Positions 1 to 10,676 of a stretch of DNA of 64,000 nt are shown in pieces. The first letter of the stretch is position 1; each line of letters begins with the position of its first letter. The translations under genes were made by a program, and so were the position numbers. Below the pieces are notes generated by a model. That model did not search any database and was not told the origin of the DNA. It saw only the letters and a list, made by a program, of their open reading frames with translations. This DNA is from Candidatus Bathyarchaeota archaeon. GTDB lineage: Archaea; Thermoproteota; Bathyarchaeia; 40CM-2-53-6. Location of the stretch: assembly GCA_963733055.1 (NCBI GenBank), contig CAVTBR010000001.1, positions 512,001 through 576,000 of the forward strand. The letters run 5' to 3'.

Positions 1-268
1 CAGCCATAAGCATGGAATATTTTTTGTTAAATGTCTTGAATAACTCGTATAGAGCGAGGGTCATCAATATCTGGAATATTTGTCCAATTAGGTCACTTAC
101 AATGCCGACGCGGAATAGCATTTCAGAAGCTGTTATGTTGTTGACTGTGGCTGCGGCGTTTCCGGGCATAATAAGACTTGAGCGAACGTATAGTGCAAAG
201 CCAGTGAATATAGCATTGAGAAGGTACAGTAACCCCGCAACTCGAGCAGCCTTTTTGTCTGGATCCAT
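1..268 (-). CDS. DUF4386-like membrane protein (partial, runs off window start)
   Basis: Manual translation from ATG 268: MDPDKKAARVAGLLYLL...PGNAAATVNNITASEMLFRVGIVSDL, typical of this family; not in ORF track. Confidence 0.7.
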   Translation of the reverse strand, partial: MDPDKKAARVAGLLYLLNAIFTGFALYVRSSLIMPGNAAATVNNITASEMLFRVGIVSDLIGQIFQILMTLALYELFKTFNKKYSMLMA

Positions 269-485
269 TCTATTCTTTCCCTTTTTCTTTCATAACTATT
301 AGCACTTCTTTCAGCCACGATTAGCCTAAGCATTTAGCGTTAATCGAGGGAGGCAGGTTCTCTTAGATGTTGTAAGAAAAAGTGTTGTCTATGGATGTTC
401 TCTTGAGACATTTCTGATAGAAGTTGTTTAATCTTCAGAATTTCATACTCTGAATCTGCACAGAATCAGCTAGTCGCATGGAACT

Positions 486-1415
486 TTACCGAGCTACCGC
501 CGTTTCCTGCTCGGCCATGGTTGTGAGCTCCTTTAGTTCAGTTGCGAGACTCTTTCTTATTGCCTGGTCCAGAGGGTAATATGGTGCTCTCGGAGGACCA
601 GCCTTGAAGCCGCCCAGTTCTGCGCATGCTTTCAACCACGCCACCTCGTTTTCACCTGTAATGTTCCTGAATAGTTCCGTGAACTTGACATGAAACGGAA
701 CGGCCCTTTCGAGATCCCGCTTCATGCAAGCGTTGAAGAATGCTAGAGTCCCTTTTGGCGTTCCGGGACCTACTACAGACACAATACTGTTACCACCGAC
801 CATTGTGTCCCCGAGGAGCCAATTCTCTCCTCCTGAGAACACATTGATACGTCTAGAAATATGACTGACCACTCGTGTCCTGTGAACGACTTCTCCGTTA
901 GATTCCTTCACAGCCTTGATCCTTTCGAGCCCCATCAGTCTGTCCCAAAATTCAGGCGTCATATTGAAACGAAACGAGGATGGATTGTTGTAAACCATTA
1001 TCTGAATCTCATCTGCGGCATCGTTCACCTGACGATAATGCTCATAGGCGGCTTCGATGGTGCAGGGAATCAGGTATGGCGGGCCCATCATAACTCCATC
1101 GCCGCCCGCATCTTCGACATATTTCGTACGCCTTATGCACTCAGCGGTATTGTGGAATGTGGTTCCGAAAACGCATGCAATCTTCTGAGTCACATCGACT
1201 GCGGTGTCAACAACTTTTCTGAACTCTTCGTCGCTTGGAGCATAAAATTCGCCCATACACCCAAAAGCCAAGTAACCTTGAAACCCTGCCTCCTCATAGG
1301 CAGCAATATTGCTCCTGAGACCATCCAAGTCTAGTTCTTGGTTGCTCCTGACGACAAACGGCATCAATGGAAAAACTCCTTTGAGTGCTTTTCTTGGCAT
1401 TTTCTCTTGCCTCAC
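486..1415 (-). CDS. Dihydrodipicolinate synthase (DapA/NAL) family aldolase
   Basis: GxxGEF, MVYNNP and VKES (Schiff-base Lys) motifs; GCMGE replaces GTTGE, so substrate is uncertain. Confidence 0.85.
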   Translation of the reverse strand: MRQEKMPRKALKGVFPLMPFVVRSNQELDLDGLRSNIAAYEEAGFQGYLAFGCMGEFYAPSDEEFRKVVDTAVDVTQKIACVFGTTFHNTAECIRRTKYVEDAGGDGVMMGPPYLIPCTIEAAYEHYRQVNDAADEIQIMVYNNPSSFRFNMTPEFWDRLMGLERIKAVKESNGEVVHRTRVVSHISRRINVFSGGENWLLGDTMVGGNSIVSVVGPGTPKGTLAFFNACMKRDLERAVPFHVKFTELFRNITGENEVAWLKACAELGGFKAGPPRAPYYPLDQAIRKSLATELKELTTMAEQETAVAR

Positions 1416-1639
1416 ATGGTTGGAAGCCTTGTTCTTCTGTTATGCTTGCTGAGCTGGCAGTTTATGTGTACCGGTAGGTTGGGGTCCGAATTCTCCACTT
1501 CACCTTCTATGACTTAGACCGCGTAGTTCTTTGTCGCTGTGGTGGTGAGGTTGCGCACCCGAATCGGGAATTCACCTGATTCCCTCGATCGGCCTGAATG
1601 CGAAATTCTTATCGAAAACATCTCTAGTCTCTTTGAGCC

Positions 1640-1990
1640 ATGCCAATTCCTGTTGCTGAGGCAAGAAAGTTTCGGGTTGCTACGTTATCCCAGAAGAAAT
1701 TCAAGTCGCCCGATTTCATGATTAAGCCTCATATTATTGATTTTCTGGCGAAGAATAAGGGGAAAGCGTTCTCCTCGGATGAGATCTATCAAGCACTCCT
1801 TCCAGCACCATCTAAACCCGATCCAGAACCAGTGGGCTTACCAAGTGACCTCAGCGTGAAAGAGACCGATCAACTTAGAATTAGTGTTGCACGAGAAACT
1901 TTCTTCATTGTCAAACTACGAGAGTTAGCTGATAGAGGCGATATAATCGCCAGCGAGAAGGATAGGGAAACTTACTTCTATGTCGCATAG
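1640..1990 (+). CDS. Hypothetical protein, winged-helix-like
   Basis: 116-aa ORF with wHTH-like pattern (IIDFLAKNKGKAFSSDEI...LRELADRGDI...TYFY). Confidence 0.55.
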   Translation: MPIPVAEARKFRVATLSQKKFKSPDFMIKPHIIDFLAKNKGKAFSSDEIYQALLPAPSKPDPEPVGLPSDLSVKETDQLRISVARETFFIVKLRELADRGDIIASEKDRETYFYVA

Positions 1991-2112
1991 GCAAAGTTTC
2001 GCTTTTCTTAGTCTCTTGCTTTCCAAATCCAGAAAAATGGCGAATTGAATAGCGCCCCTTGCTACCGATAACACCTTACATTCGACGTTTACTTTGTATT
2101 AGTGAGATTAAG

Positions 2113-2661
2113 ATGAGAATTCTTGGCGTATCAGGTAGTACTCGAAAACGGTCCTTTAACACCGCGCTGTTAGAGGAAGCGAAACGCATGTTGCCGGACA
2201 ATGCGACGCTCGAAATTGCCAACGTATCCGATCTCCCACTGTACAACCAGGATTTGGAAGCTCAGCCGCCGGAAAGTGTGCGTGAATTCAAAGGAAAGAT
2301 TAGAGATGCGGACGCCGTACTTTTCGCCACGCCGGAGCATAATTTTTCCATCACAGCAGTTTTGAAGAATGCCATCGAATGGGGCAATCGGCCGGACGAT
2401 GACAATGCATGGGACGGAAAACCCGCGGCCATCATCAGCGCCTCAAGCAGCCCAAGAGGCGGAGTGAGGGCGCAGCTGCACCTCAGACAGATACTCGTCG
2501 ACCTGAACATGTACCCCATCAATGAACCAGCGCTTCTCTTGGGAGTCGCCGGACAGGCGTTTGACAGTGACTTTAGGCTGACGGATGAACGAGCAAGAAA
2601 GAATTTGAAGGCTGTGCTAGAGGCGCTCATTGCTTGGACAACGAAGATTCAAGGTAACTGA
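2113..2661 (+). CDS. NADPH-dependent FMN reductase
   Basis: GSTRKRSFN, ATPEHNFS and LKNAIEW motifs; start moved to ATG 2113. Confidence 0.9.
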   Translation: MRILGVSGSTRKRSFNTALLEEAKRMLPDNATLEIANVSDLPLYNQDLEAQPPESVREFKGKIRDADAVLFATPEHNFSITAVLKNAIEWGNRPDDDNAWDGKPAAIISASSSPRGGVRAQLHLRQILVDLNMYPINEPALLLGVAGQAFDSDFRLTDERARKNLKAVLEALIAWTTKIQGN

Positions 2662-2686
2662 ATCTGCTACGACACGAAATTCTCCT

Positions 2687-3448
2687 TTAGGTGTACGCGG
2701 TCGGTACTCGTTGAGATAGTCTCTCTGACCGGAGCTTTCTCGACTTATCAATGTCCACGTCTGCCACGATAACAGCCTCTCCGCTTCCGGCCGACGCGAC
2801 AACTCTAGGCAAGATCACGGGGCCGGCAGTTTCCTGGAGGTCGATAATTATGCTTCCTCCCATGTATCGAGGAGGATGAAGAATGTTCGGGGCTATGATT
2901 GGAAGGCGATTTTCTAAGGCACGGGCTCTCAAATACAAAAGCCAGGGATCGAGGCCTTCCGAGACAATTCTCGAGGGAACGAAAAGCATGTCCGCTCCCT
3001 GTAAGGTCAGAGTTCTCGCGGCTTCAGGAAAGACATTGTCATAGCATATTGTGATTCCTACATTGCCGAATGGCGTTTGAAGAACATTGTACTTTCCGCC
3101 CGGAACCGCGACTGATCGTTCATCACGGAAGAGATGAACCTTATCCTGCCATCCAAGGATTATCCCATTCGAGTCGATGATAGTGCTTCGTACATTAGCC
3201 TTGGATTGATTGGGAACATAATTTGCTCCCGTGATTACGAATATTCGCTCTCCCTTTGCCGTCTCGGCTAGCCTCTCGTCAGAATCAGCTGATTCCTTCC
3301 AGAATTCAAGGAGCCAGTGTTCAGGAAGACATACGATTTGGGCCTTAGCTTTCGATGCTTCTCGTATGAGGACCTGGGCGGCTTCCATTGTCTTCTCGTA
3401 AGATCCCTTGCCTAAGCGTAATTGTGCAGCAGCTACTCGGCATGGCAT
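2687..3448 (-). CDS. Carbon-nitrogen hydrolase (nitrilase superfamily)
   Basis: LPE, KVHL and ICYD give the E-K-C triad; also RALEN; start moved to ATG 3448. Confidence 0.9.
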   Translation of the reverse strand: MPCRVAAAQLRLGKGSYEKTMEAAQVLIREASKAKAQIVCLPEHWLLEFWKESADSDERLAETAKGERIFVITGANYVPNQSKANVRSTIIDSNGIILGWQDKVHLFRDERSVAVPGGKYNVLQTPFGNVGITICYDNVFPEAARTLTLQGADMLFVPSRIVSEGLDPWLLYLRARALENRLPIIAPNILHPPRYMGGSIIIDLQETAGPVILPRVVASAGSGEAVIVADVDIDKSRKLRSERLSQRVPTAYT

Positions 3449-3458
3449 CCAACTGCAG

Positions 3459-4712
3459 CTACCTAACGCGATTGTTCCGTGTGAGCTTCTCGGAAACTTC
3501 GTCAAGAATCTGTTTAGCGATGACGCGCTTCGTATTTCTTTGAAGAACCTTTGCTTTTCCCTGAACGTCGATTAGGGTTACTTCGTTGAAATCCGATCCG
3601 AAACCTATGTCCCGACGCCCCACGTCATTTACTGCAATCAGGTCTGCCGATGCCTTTTGAAGCCGCTCGTACGCATCCGAAATCAGCCCATCCCTGGATA
3701 GCCCGGATTGTGCTCGAAACGCTAGCAGGAAGGTGTTTGGACTAACTCCTTTGATATTATCGATTATCTTTGGCGTTGCTTTCAATTGGAGGGTTATTTG
3801 TGAATGGTCTGTGGTCGCGATCTTTCTGTCACTCGCAATCGGTGCGTAGTCTGCTGGCGCGGCGGTTGCGATTATGAGATAATAATTGGTTGACTGCAGT
3901 TCTTTCATAACTTCATCGTACATTTCCTTGCTCGATTTCACTGAGATTGCCTTTGCATGAGTTGGGAGAGGGATTGAAACGGGGCCGTGGATGATAGTGA
4001 CTGAGGCGCCGCGTTTCTGCGCTTCGAACGCGAGGGCGCTACCCATCTTTCCGCTGCTTGGATTAGTGATGATTCTAACAGGATCTATCTGTTCGATCGT
4101 TGGTCCAAGGGTTATCAGGACGCTTCGGCCGACGTAATCTTGCTTGGGTAATGCCTCAATTACTGCTTGTAAAATGTTTTCGGGGGAAGCGAGTTTCGCC
4201 TTTTTTTCTTCTTGAGTCGGTTCCACGAAAATGACGCCTAGTTCGGTTAACTTGCGGATGTTCTCTTGTACAATGGGTTGGGCGTACATTGTGTCGTGCA
4301 TGGCGGGGGCGATCACGATTGGTATACCGGCGCCTAACGCTGAGGAGACGAATGACGTGATAACCGTGTCATCAATCCCTGAAGCGATCTTGCTGACTGA
4401 GTTGGCGGTGCAGGGAGCTATCAGTAACACGTCAACCCTGGAGCTTCCGGTCGTATAGTGTACGTGCTCAATCTTCCCAGTCAGTTTGGTTACGACGGGG
4501 TTTCCGGTAGCCCATTCAAGCAGGTTCGGGTGAATGATCTGTTCAGCCATGTCGGACATTACTGGGTATACTTCGGCGCCATGGCGCATTAACAACCTGG
4601 CCACATCAGGTGAACGGTAGGCTGCTACGCTTCCAGTAACTCCAAGCAGGATTCTCCGTCCGCTTAGTTCGTTGCCATCCGTGCCGACTATATCGCGGAA
4701 GGTATCACTCAT
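3459..4712 (-). CDS. coaBC: Bifunctional phosphopantothenoylcysteine decarboxylase/synthase
   Basis: GVTGSVAAY, APCTAN, PAMH, IDPVRIITNPSSGKMG and ANDV-like motifs. Confidence 0.95.
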   Translation of the reverse strand: MSDTFRDIVGTDGNELSGRRILLGVTGSVAAYRSPDVARLLMRHGAEVYPVMSDMAEQIIHPNLLEWATGNPVVTKLTGKIEHVHYTTGSSRVDVLLIAPCTANSVSKIASGIDDTVITSFVSSALGAGIPIVIAPAMHDTMYAQPIVQENIRKLTELGVIFVEPTQEEKKAKLASPENILQAVIEALPKQDYVGRSVLITLGPTIEQIDPVRIITNPSSGKMGSALAFEAQKRGASVTIIHGPVSIPLPTHAKAISVKSSKEMYDEVMKELQSTNYYLIIATAAPADYAPIASDRKIATTDHSQITLQLKATPKIIDNIKGVSPNTFLLAFRAQSGLSRDGLISDAYERLQKASADLIAVNDVGRRDIGFGSDFNEVTLIDVQGKAKVLQRNTKRVIAKQILDEVSEKLTRNNRVR

Positions 4713-4851
4713 GAATCTGCACCATTAACATGGTAATCGAAGTGTTCACCACAGAAACGCAACCTGGTGACATTTAATCGCAACCTTAGTGAGGGGGAGT
4801 TGGAACCAGCTAATTGAGAGTTAATGTCCCCATACAAGACTGTGCGCCTCT

Positions 4852-5190
4852 TTACTGGGGTAACTGGTCCGTTTTTGCTGCCATAATGAAGTCGTTCCTA
4901 TGTAACCCTTTGATCTTATGCGTCCACCACGAGACGGTGACTCTTCCCCACTCAGTGAGAATTGCTGGGTGATGCCCCTCTGCCTCCGCGAGTCCGCCAA
5001 CTTGATTGGTGAACTCCAGGGCTCCTGTGAAGTTCTTGAAGTTGAAAACGCGCTCTAGGCGTTTGATGTGATCTATCTCCAGGATTTCCCATTCGGACAC
5101 TTGGAGGCGCAGCTCTGCGATCTCGTCTTCGGTCGCTGTGGGCTCCCCTCCGCGGCAGGCGACACATTTCATCTCAGTCAAAGACGCCAT
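4852..5190 (-). CDS. phhB: Pterin-4-alpha-carbinolamine dehydratase
   Basis: [17 protein letters not shown] and NDFIMAAK motifs. Confidence 0.9.
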   Translation of the reverse strand: MASLTEMKCVACRGGEPTATEDEIAELRLQVSEWEILEIDHIKRLERVFNFKNFTGALEFTNQVGGLAEAEGHHPAILTEWGRVTVSWWTHKIKGLHRNDFIMAAKTDQLPQ

Positions 5191-5297
5191 CGTGATTCCT
5201 TCAACCCCAGAAAGCCATTCTCCCTCTCTAACCTTACGTTTCGAGCGCGCCGAACCTCAGATTGGAATCAAGTATTTTGGGAATGTGCCCACACATA

Positions 5298-5325
5298 TTT
5301 CGGACGCGCCATTAGACACACACTG
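5298..5325 (-). repeat. 28-bp 11-6-11 site, degenerate
   Basis: + strand TTTCGGACGCG-CCATTA-GACACACACTG; reverse orientation of the consensus. Confidence 0.6.
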
Positions 5326-5339
5326 AGAAACAGGGGGCT

Positions 5340-6041
5340 TTACTTCGTCAGTGTTGCGTGTGGTCCATCTAACTTGACGTATCGCCAAGAACCATCAAAC
5401 TGCCCTGCTTTGAAGGCCCTGACACGCAACCTCGTCCGTGGTTTACCCTCTGAATCGTCGAACTTGACATCAATTACTCCGTCGCACATGTCTTCTAGAC
5501 TCTTGTAAAATGCTGCGGAATGAACTCCGCTTACGAACGCACTGAAAGAAATTCGATCATGTAGCTTGACCCTCGGTATTACGCGGGTTGCGTACCAATC
5601 CAGAAAAGCCTTCTCCTCGTTATATCGCAAAGCGATGGTACCGTTGTCGCTGAAGCCCACGTCGTTTCTTGTTGGATTCTCATCTTTCGTCATCTTCAAA
5701 AAGTAGAGACTCATGTCGGCAACTTTGAGGGAGTCGAAAGCCAATTTCTCTTTAGACTTAATCCCCAGGGTGGCGGAGTATCCGTCATAGAGGTGGAATT
5801 TTCCCTTCGCTTCAAGCGCATCGACATCCGTTCCCAGCGCCTTCAACTCCTGTCTAACTTGATCCGGGAATCGGGTGTAGTCAAAGAAGCTCACGACCTG
5901 ACCTGCGCTCAGAAGGTCATGAACTGTTGATTCAAGAATTTGGTAATAGTTCGAGTCAGGGTCATATTCGATAAGGACCGCAGTTCGATAGGGAACCCCC
6001 GCTGGTATTAGGTCGGCGAGTATGGGTATTCGGACGCTCAT
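5340..6041 (-). CDS. RAD55/KaiC-like RecA-fold protein lacking Walker A (paralog 1)
   Basis: DLIPAGVP...LIEYDPDS (degenerate P-loop); DGVID and LRVRAFK C-terminal KaiC-like motifs. Confidence 0.8.
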   Translation of the reverse strand: MSVRIPILADLIPAGVPYRTAVLIEYDPDSNYYQILESTVHDLLSAGQVVSFFDYTRFPDQVRQELKALGTDVDALEAKGKFHLYDGYSATLGIKSKEKLAFDSLKVADMSLYFLKMTKDENPTRNDVGFSDNGTIALRYNEEKAFLDWYATRVIPRVKLHDRISFSAFVSGVHSAAFYKSLEDMCDGVIDVKFDDSEGKPRTRLRVRAFKAGQFDGSWRYVKLDGPHATLTK

Positions 6042-6129
6042 AAGATTCTTGTAAAATCATGTTGGAACCCGCACAAATAGATTTCAGTAATCAGGGGACG
6101 CAGAAATCTGAACCGTCGTGGCTCGTCGT

Positions 6130-6157
6130 CAGAGTGGGTCAAGTAGGACGCACACAC
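6130..6157 (+). repeat. 28-bp 11-6-11 site preceded by T-loop-like box
   Basis: CAGAGTGGGTC-AAGTAG-GACGCACACAC; AATCTGAACC at 6105-6114. Confidence 0.65.
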
Positions 6158-6204
6158 ACGAAAACTACAAATCTACTAGAACATAGGATTCTCATGTGTT
6201 CTAA

Positions 6205-6936
6205 TTGCCAAGGATGCCGTTAATCGAAGATTTGACTAAGGGGCCTGTACCCCCTGGATCGAATATTCTCGCTGAGTTTGATCCAGCCTCTCAATGGTAC
6301 AATACATCACTCACAATCGCGGCGGGATGGATAAGGAGTGGCGGCGTAGCCAGCTACAACGTGTACGACCACCCGCCTGATAACGTCAGGTTGCAGCTCA
6401 AACACCTCGGACTAGACACCGAGAGATTAGAAAAAGAGGAGAAATTTAGGATCGTAGATTGGTATACTTTCCAGCTAGGTCAGAAATCCAAAGAGAAATA
6501 TGCGAACGATTCCTTGAAAGTCGCGGACCTGAGCCTATTTTACTCTAGAACAGTGATTACCGCTACCCGCTCACCTTACCCCGGCACCCGATACCAATTG
6601 GGACCTGACGTCCTCAGAATCGCAGATGACGAGATGGTTGTCCTAAGATTCAACGACGAGAAAAGCTTCATCGACCTCTGGCGAACGCGAGAGATTCCAA
6701 CTGCGCCTGCGACGAAGTCGACGCAAATCTTGGGTGCGGTTAAGGGAGTTCATTCCGAGCACATCTACAAGAATCTGGAAGCCTCAGTTGACGGTATCAT
6801 TGACCTCAAGATTGACGAAGAGGAGGGTGAGGTAAAGAACCTGATGCGGATTAGGAATATGCGAAGCGTAGGTTATGACTCTCGCTGGCATCGTCTGAAG
6901 ATCGACGAGAACTTCGAAGTCACGTTAGAGAAGTAA
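6205..6936 (+). CDS. RAD55/KaiC-like RecA-fold protein lacking Walker A (paralog 2)
   Basis: GPVPPGSNILAEFDPASQWY, DGIIDL and MRIRNMRS...DSRW. Confidence 0.8.
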   Translation: MPRMPLIEDLTKGPVPPGSNILAEFDPASQWYNTSLTIAAGWIRSGGVASYNVYDHPPDNVRLQLKHLGLDTERLEKEEKFRIVDWYTFQLGQKSKEKYANDSLKVADLSLFYSRTVITATRSPYPGTRYQLGPDVLRIADDEMVVLRFNDEKSFIDLWRTREIPTAPATKSTQILGAVKGVHSEHIYKNLEASVDGIIDLKIDEEEGEVKNLMRIRNMRSVGYDSRWHRLKIDENFEVTLEK

Positions 6937-6959
6937 CCATTCACCAGTCCCCTTTCGGT

Positions 6960-6998
6960 GTGTGTGGGTCTAGTGGTGCGAACGACCAGATTTGAACC
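6960..6998 (+). repeat. 28-bp site fused to tRNA-3'-end-like sequence
   Basis: GTGTGTGGGTC-TAGTGG-TGCGAACGACC-A-GATTTGAACC; reverse complement of 6974-6998 is GGTTCAAATC-TGGTCGTT-CGCACCA. Confidence 0.8.
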
Positions 6999-7082
6999 CG
7001 GTTGAATGTGCCCGGTAAATTGCGGTCAGGATCGGTTGGCAGGATTTCAGAGTGAAGTTGGACCGCGCGTTCGTTCGGCTGT

Positions 7083-7661
7083 TCAGCTGTATGTCTTTAC
7101 GAGGGTTTCGAGTTTCTGGGTGGCTTGTGTGGTTACGGCTTTCTTCAGGTCGTTTCCCTGATGGTCCTGGGTTACTAGTACTGGTCCGAAGTCTTTTACT
7201 TCCCATATCCAAACGAGTTCCGTTGGGCCAAGTTGTTCAAGCAATCGTTTCTTCACTCGTACGATCTTTGAGACGGCTAGGGCGGAGGCTCCGCCGGTGA
7301 ATTCGGAGTAGACGGCGCCGAATGTTTCCAGCCCCTTCTTCCCTTTCTCTCCTAGACCGCCTTTTCCGATGATGATTTTGGTTTGATACTTTTCTAGGAT
7401 GGGTGGGGTTAGGGCGTCCATGCGTGTGCTTGTGGTTGGGCCGCCGGCTAGGATCCTCCATTCGTCGCCGACCTTTTGTGAGATTGGGCCGCAGTGGAAG
7501 ATTGGTAGGCCGATTAGTTCTGGGAGGAATGTTTCGATTAGTTTCTTGTGGGCTTGATCTCTCGCGATTGCAATGTCGCCTGTGACATAGAGTACGTCTC
7601 CTGCACGAATGTCAACGACTCGGCTGTTGTCTTGTGGGACGTGGAGTCTTAATTCTACCAT
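7083..7661 (-). CDS. Class I fumarate hydratase / tartrate dehydratase, beta subunit
   Basis: ARDQAHK, GPTTSTRM, IIGKGG and DFGP motifs. Confidence 0.92.
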   Translation of the reverse strand: MVELRLHVPQDNSRVVDIRAGDVLYVTGDIAIARDQAHKKLIETFLPELIGLPIFHCGPISQKVGDEWRILAGGPTTSTRMDALTPPILEKYQTKIIIGKGGLGEKGKKGLETFGAVYSEFTGGASALAVSKIVRVKKRLLEQLGPTELVWIWEVKDFGPVLVTQDHQGNDLKKAVTTQATQKLETLVKTYS

Positions 7662-7667
7662 TGTATC

Positions 7668-8531
7668 TCACCTTGTGATCTTGAAGTGTCCGTCGGTTAG
7701 TTCGGCTTCTGAAACTCTGTTTGCCCAGCATCCGAAAGAGATCGCTATGGGGAGGCAGGCGGTGTGGGTTCCGGCGGTTTCGATGTGAGCGTCGAGAAGG
7801 GTGGTGTCGCCCCCTAGGCCCATGGTCCCTATTCCAAGCTCGTTAGCGGCTTTCACGATGTTCGTTTCGAACTGTGCTACTTCGGGGTCGGGGTTGCGTG
7901 CGCCAATTTTTCTGAGTAATGCGAGTTTTGAGTTGACCATCGCTTGAACGGCGGATCCGCCGATTCCGATGCCTAGGATGTTGGGCGGGCAGGTTTTTCC
8001 TCCCGCGTCTATCACGGCTTGGAGAATATGCTTCATCATGTCTTGTCTGCTGGCGGTTGGGACCATCATCTTCAGGTTGGTGAAGTTCTCTGAACCAGCT
8101 CCCTTCAAAATCATCTTCATAGCAGTTTTGTCTGTAGACTTGTCTATCAGAACTTCCGGCTCGCCAAGTCCGGTGTTGGTGCCCGTGTTCTTTCTCGTGA
8201 GTGGGTTGACGACGTTCGCCCTCATACCGCCCTTAGAGGTGAGGCCCTGAATCGCCTCGCTCAAAGCGTTCTCCACCTCACCCATATGCTCGATCAAGTC
8301 CCCTGAAATGAAGAGCGTAACTAAACCCGTGTCTTGGCAGAGGGGAAGATGCCGTTCGTAACTCAGGTTAGCGCTGTTCAGGATGGCTTCGAGTTGTTTC
8401 TTGGCCAAGTCTTTTGTCTCATTCACATGAGCCTCCTTGATAGCGCCCATAATGTCCGACGGAAGCCCCATCGTAACCTGCGCGAGCATCTGATTCAATA
8501 TTGGAGGCAAATCATTTGCAGTAAATACCAT
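7668..8531 (-). CDS. Class I fumarate hydratase / tartrate dehydratase, alpha subunit
   Basis: PLCQDTG, KGAGSEN, CPP, GIGIGG, GLGG and CWA motifs. Confidence 0.92.
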   Translation of the reverse strand: MVFTANDLPPILNQMLAQVTMGLPSDIMGAIKEAHVNETKDLAKKQLEAILNSANLSYERHLPLCQDTGLVTLFISGDLIEHMGEVENALSEAIQGLTSKGGMRANVVNPLTRKNTGTNTGLGEPEVLIDKSTDKTAMKMILKGAGSENFTNLKMMVPTASRQDMMKHILQAVIDAGGKTCPPNILGIGIGGSAVQAMVNSKLALLRKIGARNPDPEVAQFETNIVKAANELGIGTMGLGGDTTLLDAHIETAGTHTACLPIAISFGCWANRVSEAELTDGHFKITR

Positions 8532-8681
8532 TCACTATCAACCGTATGCACCATGAGGAAGAGGTAACTTATGGAACGCGCTCTTACTGCCACTAGAATA
8601 TATTCTCATTAACCTGAATCAGCAGAATTAACTACGTTATCGTTTCGTATTGAGACTATCCAAAGCAAAAGAGGAATTCAT

Positions 8682-9086
8682 ATGGACATCAAAAGAAGTG
8701 GCTCACAGCCTTCAACCAAACTACCGGCCGAGTATTTCACCGGCACCGTGCGCATTGACCCCCTATTCGAAGCGCACGATCCGTCACGCGCAACCGGCCT
8801 CAGTGTCACGTTCGAACCCGGAGCCCGGACCGCATGGCACAGCCACCCGCTGGGCCAGACCCTGATCGTGACAGCTGGCTGCGGACTTGTACAGCACTGG
8901 GGAGGCAGGATCGAGGAAATTCGGCCTGGGGACGTGGTTTCGATTCCGCCGGGCGAGAAGCATTGGCACGGCGCCACGCCGACCACGGCCATGACCCACA
9001 TCGCCATTCAAGAACGGCTTGACGGCAAGACCGCCAACTGGATGGAAAAAGTCAGCGACGAACAATACCGTACCTACAAGGGTTGA
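8682..9086 (+). CDS. Cupin domain protein
   Basis: [16 protein letters not shown] and EKHWHGA motifs. Confidence 0.9.
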   Translation: MDIKRSGSQPSTKLPAEYFTGTVRIDPLFEAHDPSRATGLSVTFEPGARTAWHSHPLGQTLIVTAGCGLVQHWGGRIEEIRPGDVVSIPPGEKHWHGATPTTAMTHIAIQERLDGKTANWMEKVSDEQYRTYKG

Positions 9087-9116
9087 GTAGCTGATAGCAG
9101 CTACCTCCTAGGCGCA

Positions 9117-9755
9117 CTATTCTCGAAACTTACGTTCGGAAACTCGTCTGATAGATGATAGGATGAGTGGGATGAACCAGAAGTAGAATCGTATCGGTTG
9201 GTTCAGGAGTTTAATGTCCCAGAATACTGGCAGTACGGTGATAGCAAATAGGGCTGTGGATATGAAGTAAATGTTCCTAACTCTCGTGTATTTCGCGAGT
9301 GACTCTTTTGGAACTAATCCCTTCTCTTCCGTGGCTAATTGCTGCGTGAATAACGCGAGAATCAGCATCAGCCCGGCCATGTCTAGGGCGTAGAGTATTG
9401 AAGCGTAGTAGAGGAATATTTCATGCGTTAGAAGGTCGAAGGTTATGTTCAGGTAGAATAGGTAAGGTTCGATCGAGACCAGAAAGAGCAATACGAGGTT
9501 GAGGGTAACGGTCCTGCTATCCTCCAATGGAAGAACCGACATTACGTTCGTATAACTCAACCAGACAGAGATCAAAATCAGGAAACCGAACCCGAACTCC
9601 GCAATGTCGATAAGGATTCCGAGTGGCTTCGGGGGAAGCCGGGTTATCAGGGGAATAGTGCTGATCGCAAGAGCAAGCCCGAATATGATGTCGGAGAGCG
9701 ACTCAATTCGGGACCTAGCAATTCGCGGCCCAGCTCGTCCCACTTTTTCGTCCAA
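9117..9755 (-). CDS. TMEM175-family (DUF1211) potassium channel-like protein (copy 1)
   Basis: RIESLSDIIFGLAL matches the RxxxFSD signature; about six hydrophobic segments. Confidence 0.85.
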   Translation of the reverse strand: MDEKVGRAGPRIARSRIESLSDIIFGLALAISTIPLITRLPPKPLGILIDIAEFGFGFLILISVWLSYTNVMSVLPLEDSRTVTLNLVLLFLVSIEPYLFYLNITFDLLTHEIFLYYASILYALDMAGLMLILALFTQQLATEEKGLVPKESLAKYTRVRNIYFISTALFAITVLPVFWDIKLLNQPIRFYFWFIPLILSSIRRVSERKFRE

Positions 9756-10259
9756 GGAGCAATCAGAGTTAGTGGCCGGACTGTGTTGAAAAGATTATTG
9801 TTAACTTGACAGCTCATGGGTTCTAAGGTTTCGGTGTGAGTAGTTAACCGAACCAATACGTGAAATACAGCGGTTTATTGCGGCGTTGTTTCTTTCGCTC
9901 CATTCCAAACCCAATTACAGGTACAGTCTTTCTCTAAGCAACGCTTTCTTAATGGAGAAGTATTTGCGAAGTGATTGATGGCGGGGTGCCCGCAATTCTT
10001 GCAGGTCACATATTCGAGAGCTTGGATTTGAACGCTGGCTTGAGGCGACATGACAGATAAGCTTGCAGGGGTGTTTAATGAATTCGCACGACATCTTCAC
10101 CATAATTCAGTCGCAGAAACTCGTCACGATTTACAAATTCGTTTATTCGCGGACGCCTGTGTCAACTGGAGAAACGAGACGAAAATACGGAAGGCGGTAA
10201 ACGCTTCCGAATACTCTTATCAGTGACACGGATGCGATATCATTCAACACGGTGTTTGT

Positions 10260-10676
10260 ATGGTGTACATTTTCGACGAGGGTAGCGCCTTTGACGCTCC
10301 GATCGACAAGGTTTGGGCGTATCTCAAGTCAGATGGGCATCGGCACGACAGCCTGAAGATGCTAAGCAGGGAGATGGAAGGCAGCAATGCTGTTGTTATC
10401 ACGGCTGAAAGGAACCTTATGGGAAAAACGGTACGTAGTAAGATAAGGAATATTTTGTATCCTCCATTCGGTTTCGTACAGGAACACCTCGAAGGACCCA
10501 CGGCCGGCTCAAGGGCTTTCGTCTATTACGTTCCAAAAGGCAACAAGACGGGAGTAAGCGTGGTCGGGGATTATGTCGTTAGCGGAGCTGATGAGAAGAC
10601 AACCAAAGACGCGATCATGGCCCAATTACAAGTGTCGTTCGACGAAGACAATGCAAACTTGAAGAACATGAAATAG
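10260..10676 (+). CDS. SRPBCC/START-like hypothetical protein
   Basis: FDAPIDKVWAYL N-terminal motif. Confidence 0.6.
   Translation: MVYIFDEGSAFDAPIDKVWAYLKSDGHRHDSLKMLSREMEGSNAVVITAERNLMGKTVRSKIRNILYPPFGFVQEHLEGPTAGSRAFVYYVPKGNKTGVSVVGDYVVSGADEKTTKDAIMAQLQVSFDEDNANLKNMK

Noticed and set aside
1535-1562. Possible further site CGCTGTGGTGG-TGAGGT-TGCGCACCCGA (also weak matches near 4718, 8547, 14651 and 63617)
   Set aside because: Too degenerate to separate from chance without a PWM score.
6974-6998. tRNA genes at 6974-6998 and 26311-26335
   Set aside because: Only the T-loop and CCA end are present; no D arm, anticodon arm or matching acceptor 5' strand was found.
9860-10240. ORF 9915-10103 and the surrounding gap
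   Set aside because: Short and no family recognised; only an isolated GATTTGAAC box at 10025.
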